A DNA stretch of 64,000 bases from Azolla caroliniana (lineage: Eukaryota; Plantae; Polypodiophyta), in assembly GCA_043228905.1 (NCBI GenBank), contig JBHGNT010000013.1:5332001-5396000 (forward strand), given 5' to 3'. The notes beneath the pieces are model-generated. The model was not told the DNA's origin. It ran no database searches and saw nothing but the letters and a program-made list of their open reading frames with translations. The translations under genes were made by a program, and so were the position numbers. Positions within the stretch are counted from its first letter, which is position 1. Each line of letters starts with the position of its first letter. Below are positions 61,301-64,000 of the stretch, piece by piece.

Positions 61301-62132
61301 GTTCCAACACAACCATGTTGTGTACACATTTTTCGCCGAGTTCGAGTAGCTGGTGGAGCCGTACCTCCTTCGAGTTGGCTTCCGATAGTTGGTCCTGTAC
61401 CTGAATACGTAAATTGGGTATCTGAAATTCTACCGGCATCACGGCCTCCAACCCAAACGCTAGCCGAAACGGTGTTGACTATATGCTTGTTTTGTAACTG
61501 GTTCTGTACACCCATAATGCACTCTGTAATTTGGTATCCCAGTCTGTTCTATTTTCATTGACGATTTTCTTTAAGATGATCTGCAACGTCTTGTTCGTGG
61601 ATTCCGCTAACCCATTCGCATGTGGATAATATGGCGTACTCTTCTTGTGGACTACGACATAATGATGTGTTAGTTCTTGAACAACCATATTGAGAAAGTG
61701 GCTCCCCTGATCACTAATAAGCTCAATCGGACAACCTAACCAACACCAGATGTGCTCGTAAAGGAATCTCGCTGTGACGGCCGCCGTATTTTCTCGTAGT
61801 GCCTTTGCTTCTACCCACTTGGTGCAATAATCCGTGGCTACCAATATGTATTTATTGCCCGTATGGGCCACCGCTGGTGTGAAGGGGCCCACAAAATCCA
61901 ATCCCCACTTTTGGAAGGGGTCTAACGGTAATACGGGCTAGTGTGGCATCCTTGCGCCCTCCATGGGCTGGCCCATCCATTGACACAAATCACACTTTCT
62001 GCAATACTCGTATGCGTCCTTCTGTGTAGTCGGTCACCATAGGCCCGCCTGCCATATTTTCCAGGCTGTAACATCGCCCGCGTAATGGCTGCCTGTCGTG
62101 CTATAGTGAGCCTCCCGTAAGACTGCTTCTTT
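58321..62132 (-). mobile_element. Non-chromovirus gypsy (Athila/Phygy-like) integrase followed by a long extra 3' ORF
   Basis: Integrase: EAH..H..C..C, DFVGP..ATDYCTKWVEA..SDQG..NGLAE. Same-frame ORFs 60846-59968, 59940-59638 and 59637-58495 lie downstream. Confidence 0.85.
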
Positions 62133-62623
62133 TGTTAGGAAACAGGTCCGTTCGGATGGGAAGTGAGAAGAACAGTGGTGATGAGGAATCCGGATGTGGA
62201 GCAACCGGCAACGGAAGACCCGATGAGAACCAGATGACGAGTACCAGGCAACGGAAGACCCGGTGAGAACCGGATGTGGAGTACCCAACAACAGAAGACC
62301 AAGTGAGAACCAAATGTGGAGTACCCGGCAACGGAAGACCTGGTGAGAACCGGATGTGCAGTACCCGGCAACGGAAGACCCGGTGAGAAGTAGATGTGGA
62401 GTACCCAACAACGGAAGACCCAGTGAGAACTGGATGTGGAGTACCCAGCAACGGAAGACCCGGTGAGAAGCGGATGTGGAGTACCCGCCAACGGAAGACT
62501 CGGTGAGAAGCGGATGTGGAGTACCCGGTAACAGAAGACCCGGTGAGAAGCGGATGTGCAGTACCGGCCAACGGAATGCCCAGTGAGAACCGGATGTGGA
62601 GTACCCGGCAACAGAAGACCCAG
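62133..62623 (+). mobile_element. Tork-like (element-B family) LTR start with about 10 copies of a 40-bp repeat, cut by a gypsy LTR
   Basis: TGTTAGGAAACAGGTCC is the reverse complement of the element-B LTR end; ggatgtggagtacccggcaacggaagacccggtgagaa repeats. Confidence 0.85.
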
Positions 62624-64000
62624 TGTCGCGAACATACGACAAGGATACGTGAACGTTGAGCCAAGACCCCGGGGCCTTTGACTAGAGGATATCAAATTCG
62701 TGTATTTATGTACTAAGAATTAACCGAAATGAGAAAGATTAACAAATTTCATTAACAAGTAGAAAGAAAGATTACAATTAATCCCAAGATTGGGATTACA
62801 AAAAGTTTGCTAATTGAGATGGCTAGAGTAATAGATTAGAGGAAATTAAGATATGAATTCTATAGAAAATTAGGGTTTTTGGTTTTGATAAGAGATTATG
62901 GTTTTATGAGTTGAATAGCTTCCGTATGGAAATTTAGGGTTATGAGTAAGATATGGCTTCCGTATGGAAATTAGGGTTTACTTGAGAGATATGGCTTCCG
63001 TAAGGAAATTAAGGTTTACTTGAGAGATATGGCTTCCATAAGGAAATTAGGGTTTACTTGAGAGATATGGCTTCGATAAGAAAATTAGGGTTTACTTGAG
63101 AGATATGGCTACGATAAGATAAGAGAGCTCCGAAAGAAAAGGAAAAAAATTAAGATAATATGGAGAGAGTCTGAGTGTAGGAAAAAAAATGGAATATATA
63201 TGGAGTTCTCCCTTGATCATAGCCTTTCCACTTTTTGTTGCATGGCCTCTACTTTTAGTTGCTTAGCTTTTTCTTTTAGTTGCATCTATTTTTAGTTGCA
63301 TGGCTTTTTCGTTTAGTTGGATGTGACCGTCCACATGACCTTTACTTTTTGCATGCACTCCAACTTTAGTTGCTTGTGTCCACATGGCCTTTAATTTAGT
63401 TCTCTTCACTTTACTCTAGTTTGTTGCATGATCCAATCTTCCCTCCCTCCGCGTCCAGCCTCGTCCGGTAGCCGGTTCTGCCCGATCGCCGAATCCCTCG
63501 CCGACCGGTTCCATTTTGCTTGCCGGCCGGTTTCCGGTTTTGCTTAGCGATCAGTTTCCGGTTTGCATACCAGCCGGTTTCCGAATTTGCTTACTGGCTG
63601 GTTTCCGGTTTTAGGGAGTTTGGCCACCATCATCCATCAAGACAAAGTGGCCAAAGTGCTCTTAGCAGAAATGAAAAGTGAGGGAGCTCAAGGTGCTTAT
63701 ATAGCCAGGGCCTTAACTTTCCTATCTATGTGGGATAGTTCTAATTTCACTATCTTCTCAAACTTTATTTTCACTTAACTTGATATGTATTTCTCCATTT
63801 TGTATAGAGTAAAATACGTCTTTAAGCTCTTGAGTATATCCATCTTTCTATAGTAAGCTACTAATCTAATCTATAATAATTATTTCATTATTTTTTTACA
63901 TAGTGTGTGAAGATTCACACGACATTCGCCCCCACCAAACCTGCACATCCACCGGTATGTGCCAATTATGATGAGGCTCCATTTTTGTTTACTTTAATTT
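62624..64000 (-). mobile_element. Gypsy (element C family) 3' LTR 62624-63924 + PPT + 3' UTR
   Basis: TGTCGC...CACGACA followed by ttcgccccc. The downstream sequence is the reverse complement of about 36045-36088. Contains 38-bp TTAGGG-containing repeats at about 62915-63115. Confidence 0.88.

Overview
This is a eukaryotic, almost entirely transposon-derived window, probably from a non-seed land plant (inferred from the Tcn1-like chromoviruses and bryophyte/lycophyte-type copia elements). About 24-64 kb and 1-3.8 kb are nested, decaying Ty1/copia and Ty3/gypsy elements, solo LTRs, a LINE fragment, a hAT-like MITE and a second decayed DNA transposon. The notable part is 3.8-24 kb. (i) A decayed Sola1-like DDE transposase gene (-) lies head-to-head with a spliced, now pseudogenised gene (+, 7852-24017) that encodes a ParB/Srx-like domain fused to a bacterial-type beta-class N4C/N6A DNA methyltransferase. 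(ii) That gene is split in-frame by a young 12,439-bp Sola2-like transposon (9292-21730; 25-bp TIRs, ACCA TSD). (iii) The Sola2-like element carries a near-intact transposase and an intact spliced cargo gene (coiled-coil + RING-H2 + FCP1/NIF-like domain), and holds kilobase arrays of the palindrome TAGCTAATTAGCTA inside introns of both genes. All family assignments come from motif recognition by eye; no database search was run.
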